A DNA stretch of 64,000 nt from NCBI GenBank assembly GCA_009914755.4, contig CP068257.2:16544001-16608000 (forward strand). The letters run 5' to 3'. How positions within the stretch are numbered: the first letter of the stretch is position 1; every line of letters starts with the position of its first letter. The notes beneath the pieces were generated by a model. It ran no database searches, had not been told where the DNA came from, and was given only the letters and a program-made list of their open reading frames with translations. Both the position numbers and the translations under genes were made by a program. Below are positions 29,601 through 42,794 of this stretch, piece by piece. The stretch is from the human T2T-CHM13v2.0 reference genome, Homo sapiens.

Positions 29601-32118
29601 GCAATGCCAACTTTGTCATCCACCTATTTCTTCCCTGTATCCAATTTCCTTATTACTGGTTTAAATTTTGACTTGTATTATTACATTAGCCTGATATTCT
29701 CCCCTCTTGACCTTCATAAGTCTTATTTATCCATTAAGAAATGTTGAAAGTCACCTCAGTTCTAAAGCTTTATCATGTCTGTTCATTATATTGGATCACA
29801 CCTTCCTCTGACCTTTCTCGTTACTTTAAGTAGTAATTATTTTATAATATGGTTCAGTTTGTTCCATATTTTTCCTACTAGACTGCATGCTTAGAATGGA
29901 TAAGACTAGTGTTTTAATTATCTTTCAATCGCTCTAGCACCTAGCGAAATTCTTCCCATACAGTACACGCCAATAAATGTCTATTCAATCAGATTATAAC
30001 CTATCTACACATATTATAAGCCTGGTTCAATCACTTATTGTCTTCAGAGAGATTTTTTGCCTGTCTTGCCATTAGCTCTTCATTTGCAAATTGAGGAAGC
30101 AATCTACTTTCACTGAATATGTAAAATAATTTTAGACTTAAGGAATGCATATATGGAAGAACCAGGAACAGCAGTTATAGACTCATCACGTACGTCTCGA
30201 ACATCTAAAATTTGACAAGCACTCTTCTAGGTACTGTTAATTACTAGAAGAGTCTTATCAGGGCCAACTTAGTACAGAGAACATTTGAACTGAGCCAGAA
30301 TCACTTAGGCGATAGTCACCTTATGTCCCTAACTTACAGCGTAGACCAATCTCACACACAGCTGCATTGTTTGAAAGATTCTTTAAAAAATAGTATAGAA
30401 ATAATAAGAGTGTAAAATTAACAACATACATACATACAGTTAGAGGAAAACATAGCATCCAAAAGGATAAAAATGGTAAACCAAAATGATATTTAACAAG
30501 AAAATATAAGCAAAGATATTCATGATAAAACAACTGTAATAAATCTAAGAAAAATTAAATAAATAATTTTCACAAAGAAGGTACTTTGTTCTGTGACTGT
30601 CCATGATTGGCAGCCGTCTTGCCTCATAATTGTCTCCCAGTTTGAACTCACTTTAGGTAATCCATAAAAGGAAGAGAGAACTCAGGCTTATTTGCTTTCT
30701 CAAACATGAAAAAAAAAAAAAGGTTTTATCAGAATCTCCTGCTTTGGGAACTCCTCTTCTTTCATTCTATGATAATCTTGTGCAGTCCAGGTAGGGCTAG
30801 TCCTCCTACCTACAAACTTCCACCTCAGGAGATAGGCAATTGATCTTCTCCAGCATGAAAGCAGGAGCAATCAGGTTTGCAGGAATTTATTTTATGTGGA
30901 AGGAATACGTCTAATAATAAGATCAAACATAGCAGAGAGATATATAAAGAGGCATCGTCTTGACGATATCTTTTGAATCCCTTCATTCAGCCTTCTTCAA
31001 ATTTAGTTCAATTCCTTGACTCCCAGGTATGTTGGGCTACTGTATTGTCTTTGGCCTTAAGTTAGTTTGAGTTGAAATATATACTTACATCTGAACAGCA
31101 ATCCAGATTAATGCTTTTTCTTTCAGTCTTATATTTAGCATATTTAGCTTGTCCTTAAGTCATCGATGATTCAGGGACCAAGTTAATTCTTGAATTTGCC
31201 ATTTGATTTGGGTTTCCTCCTAATGGTTATTCTGAAGGATTTGGTTGGTTCTGGAATTTGGAGCCCTAACTATTATGAAACACTGGTTAATCCTGAAGAG
31301 GCATACATCTGGAGAACTCGCTACTTCTATCTATGAGTTTACTCTCAAACTTCTTGGGAAATCTTAACTAAATTGGTCTCTCTGCATGGGGAGGATACAG
31401 TGACATTTTTATCTGGGTGAAATTACCATTAAACTCCATTTAAGCAATTAACAAAGAGGTTTTTAATATTGTTTAGCTTTGGAGTCAAATAATTTTTTTC
31501 CTTTGGTATTATTTATCTTTTTCCTTTTTTTGCAATGCTAAGATATGCAAAATATACATTTACATTATTTCTTCTCTTATATGTTAATTTCTTACTTTAT
31601 GTTCCCTTTTCTTATTTCCTTCCTTTCTTTCTTGTTTTTTTATGGTTTGTTGGATTGATTGATACATAACAATTGTACATATTTATGGGGTACGTGTAAT
31701 ATTTTGATATATGCATATGAAGTATAATGATTAAATCAGGGTGATTGGAATATCCATTACTTCAAATATTTATCATTTCTTTGTGATGAGAACATACCAA
31801 ATCTTTTCTTCTAGCTATTTTAAAATAGACGATAAATTTTTGATAACTATAGTCCTCGCATTATGCTATAAACCACTACAACACATTTCTTCTATCTAAC
31901 TGTGTTTTTGTACCCATTAACAAGCCTCTCTTCATTTATTCTTCCCCATTACACTTCCCACTCATAGGTAACAACAATTCTACTCTCTACTTCTAGGAGA
32001 TTCATTTTTTTAGCTTCCAAATGTGAGTGAGAACATGCTGTATTTGTGTTTTTGTGCCTGGCTTGTTTCATTCACATAATGTCCTCCAAGCTCATTCATG
32101 TTGTTGCAAATGACAAGC

Positions 32119-32487
32119 GTATTAGTCAGTTTTCGCACTGCTATAAAAAATACCTGAGACTGGGTAATTTATAAAGGAAAGAGGTTTAATTGACTCACAG
32201 TTCCACATGGCTGGGGAGGAATCAGGAAACTTACAATTATGGTGGAAGGCAAAAAGGAAGCAAGCACCTTCTTCATGAGGTGGCAGGTGAGAGAAAAAGA
32301 GAAGCGGGGAAGTCCCAGACACTTATCACACAACCAGATCTCGTGAGAACTCCCTTAATATCATAAGAACAGCATGGGGGAAACCGCCCCCATGATCCCA
32401 TCACCTCCCAACAGGTTCCTCCCATGACACGTGGAGATTACAATTCAAGATGAGATTTGGGTGGGGACACAGATCCAAACCATATCA
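32119..32487 (-). mobile_element. THE1-family (ERVL-MaLR) solo LTR, antisense, inserted into the L1
   Basis: 'gtattagtcagttttcgcactgctataaaaaatacctgagactgggtaatttataaaggaaagaggtttaattgactcacagttccacatggctggggagg...cttacaattatggtggaaggcaaa...atcagatctcgtgagaactc...acgtggagattacaattcaagatgagatttgggtggggacacagatccaaaccatatca' is the reverse complement of the THE1 LTR consensus ('TGATATGGTTTGGCTGTGTCCCCACCCAAATCTCATCTTGAATTGTA...TATTAGCAGCGTGAGAATGGACTAATACA'). The flanking L1 sequence is 'aaatgacaag|...|cagcaggattt' against the L1 consensus 'aaatggcaggattt', which suggests a 5-6 bp TSD. Confidence 0.82.
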
Positions 32488-32733
32488 GCAGGATTTCATC
32501 CTTTTTTATTGCTGAAAAATATTACAATATATACCACATTTTCTTTATTCGTTAGTCTGTTTATAGACAAGTAATTTAGTTCCATATCTTGGCTTTTGTT
32601 AACAGTGCTGGCATAAATGTGGAAGTGCATATATCTTTTTGATATACTGATTTTCTTTCTTTTGCATATATACTCAGCAATGGGGGGTGCTGGATCACAT
32701 GGTAGTTTTATTTTTAGTTTTCTAAGGAATCTT

Positions 32734-35005
32734 TGTGTTAGTCCATTCTCATGCTGCTATAAAGAACTGGCTGAGACTGAGTAATTCATATGGGAAAGAG
32801 GTTTAATTGGCTTACAGTTTTGCAGGGCTGGGGAGGCCTCAGGAAACTTACAATCATGTCAGAAGGGGAACCAAACAGATCCTTACCCACATGATGGCAG
32901 GAAGGAGAAGTGCCAAGCAAAAGGGGGAAAAGCCCCTTACAAAACCATCAGATCTCAGGAGAACTCACTTATTATGAGAACAGCAGCATGAGGGTAACTG
33001 CCCCCCCGACTCAATAACCTCCCATTGCGTCCTTCCCAGCAGAGGTGGGGATTATAGGAACTACGATTCAAGATGAGATTTGGGTGGGGACACAGCCAAA
33101 CCATATCATGTCACCCTGGCCCCTCTCAAATATCATATCCTTACATTTCAAAACCAATTATGCCTTCCCAACAGTCCCCCAAAGTCTTAACTTATTCCAG
33201 CATTAACCCAAAAGTCCAAGTCCAAAGTCTCATCTGAGACAAGTCAAGTCCCTTTCACCTATGAGCCTGCAAGTTAGTTACTTCCTAGATACAATGGGGT
33301 ACAGGCATTGGGTAAATACACCCATTTAAAATGGGGAAATATTGGCCAAAACAAAGGGGCTACAGACCCCATATAAGTACAAAATTCAGTGGGGCAGTCA
33401 CATCATAAAGCTCCAAAATTATCTCCTTTGACTCCATGTCCCACATCCAAGTCACACTGATGCAAGAGGTGGGCTCCCAGGGCCTTGGGCAGCTTCACAC
33501 ATGTAGCTTTACTGTGTACAGTCCCACTCTGGGCTGCTTTCACAGGCTGGCATTGAGTGTGGCTTTTCCAGGTACACTGTGCAAGCTGTCAGTGGATCTA
33601 CCATTTGAGGTCTGGAGGATGGTGGCCCTCTTCTCACAGCTCCACCAGGCAGCGCCCCAGTGGGGACTCTGTATGGGGGCTGTGATCCTACATTTCCCTT
33701 CCACACTGACCTAGCAGAGGTTCTCCATGAGGGTTCTGCCCTGCAGCAGACTTCTGTCTGGACATCCTCTGAAATCTAGGCAGAAGTTCCCAAACCTCAG
33801 TTCTTAACTTCTGTGTACCTGCAGGCTCAACAGCATGTGGAAGCTGCTAAGGCTTGGGGCTTGCACCCTCTGAAGCCATGGCCTGAACTGTACCTTGTCC
33901 ACTTTCAGCCACAGCTTGAGTGGCTGGGATGTAGGACACCAAGTCCCTAGGCTGCACACAGTAGGGGGGATTTGGGCCTGGCCCACAAAACCATTTTTTC
34001 ATCCTAGACCTCTAGGTTCATGATGAGAGAGGCTGCCACAAAGGTCCCTGACATACCCTGGAGACATCCCCATTGTCTTGGTGATTAACATTGGGCTCCT
34101 CATTACTTATGCAAATTTCTGCAGTCAGCTTGAATTTCTCCCCAGAGAATGGGTTTTTCTTTCCTATTTCGTTGCCAGGCTGCAAAAATTCCAAACTTTT
34201 GTGCTCTGTTTCCTCTTGAACACTTCACTGCTTAGAAATTTCTTCCACCGGTCAAGTTCAAAATTCCACAGATCTCTGGGGCAGGGACAAAATGCCACCA
34301 GTCTCTTTGCATAGCAAGAGCAACCTTTACTTCAGTTCCCGGCAAGTTTCTCATCTCCATCTGAGACCACCTCAGCCTGGACTTCATTGTCCATATTAGT
34401 ATCAGCATTTTGGTCAAAGCTATTTAACAAGTCTCTAGGAAGTTTCAAACTTTCTCACATCTTCCTGTCTTCCTAGCCCTCAAAGTCTCTTAGAAGTTGC
34501 AAACTTTCCCACATTTTTGTCTTTTGAGCCCTCTAAACTGTTCCAACCTCTGCCTGTTACCCAGTTCCAAAGTCGCTTCCACATTTTTGGGTATCTTTAT
34601 AGCAACACCCCACTCTGCAGTATCAATTTACTGTATTAGTCCAATCTCATGCTACTGTAAAGAACTGCCTGAGACTTGGTAATTTATAAGGGAAAGAAGT
34701 TTTATTGACTCACAGTTCCACAGGGCTGGGGAGTCCTCAGGAAACTTACAGTCATGGCAGAACTGAAAGCAAACATGTCTTTCACATGATGACAGGAAGG
34801 AGAAGTGCCAAATAAAAGGGAAAATGCCCCTTGTAAAACCATCAGATCTCAAGAGAGCTCACTCACTATCAGGAGAACAGCAACATGGGGGTAATTGCCC
34901 CCATGATTTAATTACCTCCCACAGGGTCCCTCCCAAGACACATGGATATTATGGGAACTACAATTAAAGGTGAGATTTGGGTGGGGACACAGCCAAACCA
35001 TATCA
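32734..35005 (-). mobile_element. Full-length THE1/MST-type ERVL-MaLR element, antisense: LTR (32734-33107), internal region (33108-34630), LTR (34631-35005)
   Basis: Two same-orientation LTRs each run '(c)tgtattagtcca(t/a)tctcatgct(g/a)ct(a/g)taaagaactg(g/c)ctgagact(g/t)(a/g)gtaattcata(t/a)gggaaag...cacagccaaaccatatca'. Between them lies non-coding THE1-int-like sequence ('...cccaaagtcttaacttattccagcattaacccaaaagtccaagtccaaagtctcatctgagacaagtcaagtccctttcacc...ggtacaggcattgggtaaatacacccatt...ctacagaccccatataagtacaaaattcag...'). The flanking L1 sequence '...ggaatctt|' and '|accttcatactg' against the L1 consensus 'ggaacctccatactg' suggests an approximately 5-bp TSD (ATCTT/ACCTT). Confidence 0.82.
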
Positions 35006-38000
35006 ACCTTCATACTGTTTTATATAGTGGCTATACAAATTTACATTCTCACCAACAGAGTATGAGAGTTCCCCTTTCTCCACATCCTCCCAAACTCTGT
35101 TATTTTTTGTCTTTTTGATAATAGACATTTTAATTGGGATAAGTTTATGTCTTATTGTGGTGTTGATTTGTATTTCCATGATTATTAGGGATATCCAGCA
35201 TTTTTTATATACCTGTTGGCCATTTGTATGTCTTCTTTTGAGATATTTCTATTCAGTTCATTTGCCCATTTTTAATTGGTTAGTTGTATTTTTTTTTTTG
35301 CTGATGCATTATTTGAGTTCCTTATATATTAAAATTATTAGTCCCCTGTCAAATAGATAGTTTGCAAATATTTTCTCCCATTCTGTAAGTTGTCTCTTCA
35401 CTCTGTTGATTGTTGCTGTACTGTGCTGAAGCATTTTAGCTTGATGTAATCCCATTTGTCTATTTTTACTTTTGTATCCTGTGTTTTTGACATCTTAGCC
35501 CCCAAAATATTTGTCCAGACTAATGTCCTGAAGTGCTGTCCCAATATTTTCATTTAGTAGTTACAGAGCTTCAGGTCTTACATTTAAGTTATTAATCATT
35601 TAAATTTGATTTTTGTATATGATAGTCCATTTCCTCTTATGTAAGCATAACTACTCTTGCATGCTTTTGGTTTCCACTTGCATGGAATATCTTTTTTTCA
35701 TCCCTTCACTTGCAGTCTATGTGTGTCTTTACAAGTGAAGTCAGATTTTCGTAGGTAGCATATAGTTCAGTCACTTTTAAGTCCATTCAGCCAGTGTACA
35801 TCTTCTAATTGAGGAATTTAAACTATTTACATTCAAACTTATTATTGATAGGTAAGGACTTACTCTTGTCATTTAAAAATTGTTTTCTTCTTGTTTTATA
35901 TATTTTTGTTTGTTTCTTTCTTTCTCTCTTATTTCTTATCTTAATGATTTGGTGGCTTTCTGTACTAACAATGTTTGATTTCTTTTTCATTTATTTATCT
36001 GATCTTCCAATGATGTTTATACTTACATGTATTTTACAATGGTAGATATTGTTCTTTCATTTCCAGATATAGGACTCCCTTAAGCATTTCTTGTAGGCCT
36101 GATCTAGTCATGAATTCTCATAATTTTTGTTTGTTCATGGAAAACTTTATTTCTCTTTCATTTTTGAATAATAGCTTTGATGGATATAGTATTCTTGGCT
36201 CACAGTTTTTTTTTTTCTTTCAGCACTTTGACTATATCATCCCATTCTCTTTCTGCTGAGATATCTGTGATTAGTCTGATGATAATCCTTTTGTATGTGA
36301 TTTGATGCTTTTCTTTTGCTGTTTTTAGAATTATCTTTGTCTTTGGTTTTTGACAGTTTGACTATAATGTGCCTTGGAGAGGATCTTTTTGGGTTCAATT
36401 CATTTGTGGTTCTTTGAGCTTCCTGTATCTGGATGTCAATATCTCTTGCAAGACTTATGAAGTTTTCAGCCATTATTTTGTTAAATAGGTTTTCTTTGCT
36501 TTTTTCCATCATTTCTCCTTCTGGAACTACCAAAATTGAAATATTTGTTCACTTGAGGGTGTCCCATGTGTCACATAGGTTTTCTTCATGCTTTTTAATT
36601 CTTTTTTTTAGTCTAATTGGATTATTCCAAAACGCTTGTCTTCAAGTTTAGAAATTCTTTCTTCTGCTTAATCTAGTCTTTTGTTGAAGCTCTCAATTGT
36701 ATTTTTAAATTTTGTTTGTTGAATTCTACAGTTCTGTGATTTATGTTTGGTCCCTTTTTATATCTCTTTATTGAATTTCTCATTGAGATCATTGTTTTCC
36801 TGATTTTTAAATATTGTTTATCTGCATTCTCTTATATCTTGCTGAGTTTCTTTAACATCATGATTTTGAATTCCTTCTCAGGCATTTTATGGATTTCCTT
36901 TTCTTTAGGATTTCTTACTGAAAAACTATTGTGTTCTCTTGGAGATACCATGTTTCCTTAATTTTTAATGTTTCTTACTTCCTTATGTTGATATGTGCAC
37001 ATCTTGTGTAATTGTCACTTCTTTTAGTTTTATGGAGTGGGTTCTGTAGAGACTTCTCTCTTTCAATCATCTCAATTAGATAGAATGCTTTCATTTTCTT
37101 CCTGGTTAGGTACCATAGTATAGTCTTAGTATGACTTATTTGGCTATAAGCAACACACGTTATGTCTGTGAATTCTTTAGTGTCTCAGGCTGCGGTTGTT
37201 TGGATACTCTGGTAAGGCTTTGCTGTCAATGGGTGTGCCAAATGAGCTGGTCCTCAGGACCCTAGATGGCACTTACAGGTATCAGCATTAGTGGTGGCAG
37301 GCCCCTGTTGGTCTCATATTTGAGCCTCTGAGCAGGGTGCACAGACACCATTAGGGGCAGCAGGACAGTTGTGCCAGTCCTCAGGATCCAGAGTGATGTG
37401 CATGGGCACTGGTAGTGTCAATGAATGGTGGGTCTATCCTTGGGTTTATGAGAGGTACCCATAAGCACTGGTAGTATTGGCAGTGGGGGAGTGGGGTTGC
37501 TCTGTCAGCCTCTGTGTAGGGTGCATCAGCACCAATGGGATGGGTGGCAAGGTGGACAGACTGCTCCTCAAGACCCCAAGTGGGATGCATAAGCCTGCAG
37601 TGACTCCAGTGCTGGAGGGAGGTAGGTTTGCTTTTGGTGGTAGTGGCCTCAGGTTGGTGGCTTTCAGGCTTTGAGGAGCTCATGCTTCAGTTTAGTTATC
37701 TATGTTCTCAGGAGAGCCTCCCTGATGTGCTGGACTGTCTCTATCCTGGGTTATAGGGTACTGCGTGGGCTCAGGTGCTGGTGGTGTGGTTGCAATCCTG
37801 AGGCTCTCTGCACTAATGTGGGGGGATCTTTGTGGGTCCCTGAGGATTTGGAAATGCAAGAGCTATTTGGCTTCAGGGCAGGATGTAGTCTAGTATGGGC
37901 TTTACTCAGAAAATAGTGGTGTGCTACAGCAACTTGGACACTGAAAGGTGGGAACCTGCACTAATTCCTTCTCTGAAACAATGCAGTTGTGTGATGTCCT

Positions 38001-38518
38001 GGCAGCTCCTTATACTATCCTCAGGGCCTGTGAGAGCTGAGGGGCTTTTTTTGTGGCTTGGGCTGCAGCTGTCTGTGGTGGGAATGTGGACTGCTGAAGA
38101 CCTCTTACTGACCTAATTCCTGCAAGGGGGAGTCTCTCCTGGCTTCGAGTTGATTTGGCCAGCTGCCTTGCTTCCCTCACTGTGCTGCAATCTTAAGCTT
38201 CTGAACTTCAGAGGGTCTCTGTTGCTACCCTGCTGGATTCTAGAATTTTCCCATAGAGGCTCTGTTTGACATTTAGTTATGTACTTGATGTTTAGGTCTT
38301 TTTTTGTGGAGGAGGCAAGTCTGCTGTGTGTCTCAAGTCAGTCATCTTGATGATATCTCTCCCCAAATAATGAATTTTGAATGCAATAAGTCAAGATAAA
38401 ATTTCTAAGACTACTATAAACACAAGGATGCAAGGAGATTCTCCGCCAGTACAGTCCCATATTAGAGATATGAAACTATTATAAATTTCACTTGAGGAAT
38501 TAAGTAGAAAAAATATGA

Positions 38519-38659
38519 AAAAGTAAAAAGAGCCAATGACTGAAAGGTATATAATCACCTAAGTGGGAAAAACTGATCAGAAAATATTAAAAAGTAAAAT
38601 GATCCAGTGACTAGGAGGTATGTAATAACATAAGTGGGAAAAACTGATCAGAAATTATG
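38519..38659. repeat. Tandem duplication of a roughly 70-bp unit (2 copies, about 80% identical)
   Basis: 'aaaagtaaaaagagccaatgactgaaaggtatataatcacctaagtgggaaaaactgatcagaaaatatt' is followed by 'aaaagtaaaatgatccagtgactaggaggtatgtaataacataagtgggaaaaactgatcagaaattatgg'. Confidence 0.7.
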
Positions 38660-39049
38660 GAGTGGTAATCAGTAAAAGTCATGGAAATTTAGAACCAAAG
38701 CATTTTGTTGGAAGAATTCAATCAGTGTATTTTCCAGGCTACTGTATCTCCAACAGCTATAATATTTTATCACTGGCATCAGAAGAAAATGATGGAAAAG
38801 ATGTTCCCAGCTCTCTGAATTATAAAATTAAATTAATTTAAATTACATTAAAGTGTAGCTTTTTTGCAGAAGGTCATGTCCATAGCATTCCCTACGAGAA
38901 ATACAACTTGTATAAGAGCTCAGAGGCCTCCTAGGAGAAATGGTCCATGAAATTCGAGACTTACGATTTACCAACCAGAATGCTAAGATCAATACTCCAG
39001 AATAAGTAAGGGTAACAGGAATTTCCTTATCTTTTGAAGGGTCAGACTG

Positions 39050-39333
39050 CATGTGGTAGGCAGATACGATTTACTAAATATATGCCTCTATATTTCTCAG
39101 CTTAAACTGCAGTTAGGACTTAGAGCACAAGGTGATTTGCAGTAGGTGTGTTTCTCCCGTCGTTCTCTCATTCTTTCATGGTGACCTCAAACCCACCAGC
39201 ACCAAATGGCATAATTAAAAAAAGGAGAAAGGCTACTTTACCCACATCTGATTCTATGATAATAAAATAAACTTCTGTTGTCTAAAGCCACTGAAATATA
39301 AGGGTTTGTTACTCGAACCAACGTTGACTAATA
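39050..39333 (+). mobile_element. Probable MaLR (MLT1-type) LTR fragment, sense
   Basis: Begins near 'tgtggtaggcagatacgatttactaa'. The 3' end 'cccacatctgattctatgataataaaataaacttctgttgtctaaagccactgaaatataagggtttgttactcgaaccaacgttgactaataca' resembles the MaLR LTR 3' terminus. Confidence 0.4.
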
Positions 39334-41796
39334 CAAGAAGGCAGGGAATGATCTCCTCCAATAGGAAAGGGTATATTCATTAGTCAATTTAGAATAATAC
39401 TTCAGTAGCAAGAATCATGAAAATAAATGGAGCCGATTATTACCAAGAGCCCAGTGTTAGCGATAGAGTAAGAGAATACTAGTTGCTGGAGGGAAATAGC
39501 TTCAATCAGGGAGACTCTCTGTATCTAAAACTACTTTAAAGGGAAATCACAATGGAATAAATGAGGAAGAGCCCAATACGGCTCTTGCTGAATCTTCTTG
39601 GGACTCTGAATACTGATTTGTACTCCAGTTCCCTGAACCCTTCAGTCTGGAGCTCTGTCATAAGCTGTTACCAAATTGACTGAGGTCTCTCATATATTCC
39701 ACCACTTTTTGTAAGGCTGATTCTTGGAATTTTTAGACCCCCTTGACAGACACTTTCTGAGCCACTGATCGGCTAGAATAAGACTGATTGGTTTTGAATC
39801 CTGGCTTTTCCAAGCTGGATGACCCACTTTTAATTGTTTTATATAACTAGCTCCTCTCTGCCTTACTTTCTTGTCTTTAAAATTTGAATAATAATTATTC
39901 TTACCTCAAAGAGTTGACACAAAGATTAAATAAGATTATCATGTAAAGTGCTTAAAACAGTTTGCATAAAACTACAATATTCAGTGTGGTTAAGTTCCCT
40001 CATTATTATTGTTATTTTTGCACAGGTGTCCAAAAGATGCTGAGGGATGGTACCCACCAGAAGCCTTGACACTATTCCTGGATCTCTATTTAGGGTATAG
40101 TCTCTGGGATTTAAATTCTGAGCACAAATTAGTATAGAGCTTATTCCTCTTGGGAATGGGAATATGGATTTATGTGTTCTTCCCATATATATTCCATTGT
40201 TGAAAATTGCAATTTCCTTGGTTTTAAACATAAATTGTTTTTATAGCATTTAGTATGAAAGCTGAGAAGGTAGTAGGGTATAGCCAGAGAATGAAGTATT
40301 AGAGTTAATATTTCAGGATTATAGTAGTTTTTTTTTTCCTTCAACTTCTTATAAGAAATATTTGTTCTGTTTTCAGTCAGTATAATACCACTGCTTGTTC
40401 TTTTCATCAGGGCGGCCTTAGGGAGGCTGGTATTATTCATTCATTTCTTTATTAGAATGCTGGTTATACAGATGTGTTCACTTTGTGACGGTAAATTTAT
40501 AGACTAGACATTTATAGAGAAGGTGATTTTTCAATAGGTGTGTTTCCTGTGTGTACAGTATGTTATAATTCATAAGAAAGTTTGAATGGAATTGCAGGCT
40601 GGTGTTCCTTACATTGTAGTGCTGACTTTTCTTCTAGATTGGAAAGTTTAAGCACATCTACACATTATTTTATAACTTGTGTTATTACATAAAATAGCCG
40701 TTATCATGAATGTAGTAACCATAAGGATGCAATTGTTAAGAGGTGATATATTTAACTTGAATAAAACTTAGATTATCTTAGCTGAAAATGTAACCATTCT
40801 CAAAAAATAGCCATTATCTTTTGTTTACTTCTGAGTGTGTAACAAAAGTGTTTGGTCTTGCATTTAAGGACGATTGCTTTTCACTTATAGTTGTCACCTT
40901 ATAGACTCAAATTTGCTCACCATTAGAAAAAAATCTGATAAAACTGTGTAACTTAATTATGTATTATTATTCTATTTGACATTTAAACTAATTTGGAGAC
41001 ATATCCACCTTTTATATTGTTAACATAAATAAAGTAAATATGTAGCAATTTAAAAGAAAAATCTATTATGTAGTTCATTGTAAAATATCCAAAGCATGTT
41101 GTGAACTTTTAAGAAAGACAACATAAAAAACTTTATATATGGTACTCTATTATTTTAGTAAAAAATAATGGGTAAGGAGAGAGAATACATATTTATTTTT
41201 TCTTACATATGCTTATAATATATCTAAAAGAAAACATAAGAGAGTAATAAAAATGAGCTTTTTTTGGTGGGATGGATGGGAACAGGAGAAATTGGGAACA
41301 AGGTAGAAACCAGACACATAACAGTAAATATCTTTATGATTCCCAGTTATTGAAAAATATAAATAGACTGCCTACTCCAAATTAAATAAAAAACATACAA
41401 GTCTATAATAAACCTCTTAAAATATGAATTCTCTAGGTCTGGGGGGCCTTTATGCTCAAGACTCATATCAAATCATAGACATACAGAGATAATATACACC
41501 TCCTGGAGGAATGACCCTGTAAGCAAAGGAATCTAGCCCGTTGGGGAGAAAAATTGAGGGGAGGAAGGAGGAATCTAAAAAAGATGTCAGACAGGAGCCA
41601 AAAGAGAATCTTGTTGCCTTGTAAGGTAGCTCTTGTTACAATAGCTGTGATGGCTACCAACTTTGAGAAAAAACTGAAGTGTATAATTTTCACAGACTTT
41701 TCCTTCACACTTGGGAGGATATATTATGTATTTCTCCCAGAGTTCCAAGGAATAGATTTATGATTTTAAGTTATAGATAAAATGAGTCATGATTGA

Positions 41797-42108
<312 letters not shown>

Positions 42109-42448
42109 ATGTTTTACATTTTATATACTAAGTAGAAAATACTCTTCCTGTCTCTTAGCAATACTCATTGAAGTATTATTATATTATCTTTTATTTTTAT
42201 ATAAATTGATCTTTTATAATCACAGCCCTCTAGAACATCATGTTTTCTGTCATTTTGAATAAAGTAAATATATGGATTAATATATTTAAACCAGTTGATT
42301 AAAGTAGTAGTAATTTTTTTCTCCAGAAGAGAGAGAGAGAAATGATGGTTACACAGAAAAAGCTTACATTTTCTGAAACATTGCTAAGCTATTCTGTTTT
42401 ATTTATCTGCATCTTTCTGCCAAACAAATTTTAAGTGAAATAGCTGTC

Positions 42449-42794
42449 TTAGTCCATTCCGGCTGCGATAACAAAATATCATAAACTGAGTAGAAATAGA
42501 CATTTCTCACAGTTTTGGAGGCTAGAAAGTCCATGACCAAGGCTCCTGCAGATTTGGTGTCTGGTTAGGGCCCATATTCTCACAGATGGCACCTTCTTAC
42601 TGTGTCCTCACATAGTGGAAGGGGCAAGGCAACTTTTTGGGGCTTGTTTTGTAAGGACATTGATTCTATTCATGAGGGCTTTGGCCTCATGACCTAATCA
42701 CCTCCAAAAAGGCCTCACCTCCTAATACCAAGATCTTGGGGGTTAGGATTTCAACATATGAATTTTGGGGAGACACAGACATTCAGACTGTAGC
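42449..42794 (-). mobile_element. ERVL-MaLR solo LTR (MST-type), antisense
   Basis: 'agtccattccggctgcgataacaaaatatcataaactgagtagaaatagacatttctcacagttttggaggctagaaagtccatgaccaaggctcctgcagatttggtgtctggttaggg...cctcacatagtggaaggggcaagg...ctattcatgagggctttggcctcatgacctaatcacctccaaaaaggcctcacctcctaataccaagatcttgggggttaggatttcaacatatgaattttggggagacacagacattcagactgtagca'. Confidence 0.65.

Larger units (their letters stand above)
31640..38360 (-). mobile_element. Old LINE-1 (L1PB/L1MA-like), antisense, spanning 3'UTR to 5'UTR. It is interrupted by two THE1-family insertions and carries an internal deletion of about 3 kb that removes most of ORF2.
   Basis: 31640-32118 matches the antisense old-L1 3'UTR and ORF2 end ('...ggggtacgtgtaatattttgatatatgcatatgaagtataatgattaaatcagggtgattggaatatccattacttcaaatatttatcatttctttgtgatgagaacataccaaatc...gtgagtgagaacatgctgtatttgtgtttttgtgcctggcttgtttcattcacataatgtcctccaagctcattcatgttgttgcaaatgacaag'). 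L1 resumes at 32488-32733 and again at 35006 ('accttcatactgttttatatagtggctatacaaatttacattctcaccaacagagtatgagagttcccctttctccacatcctc...ttgtctttttgataatagacatttt...'). A junction at about 35625 skips to the EN-region homolog. Minus ORF 36237-36533 gives 'MVVPEGEMMEKSKENLFNKIMAENFISLARDIDIQIQEAQRTTNELNPKRSSPRHIIVKLSKTKDK...', which is L1 ORF1p. A G-rich 5'UTR runs from 37200 to 38360. Confidence 0.75.
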
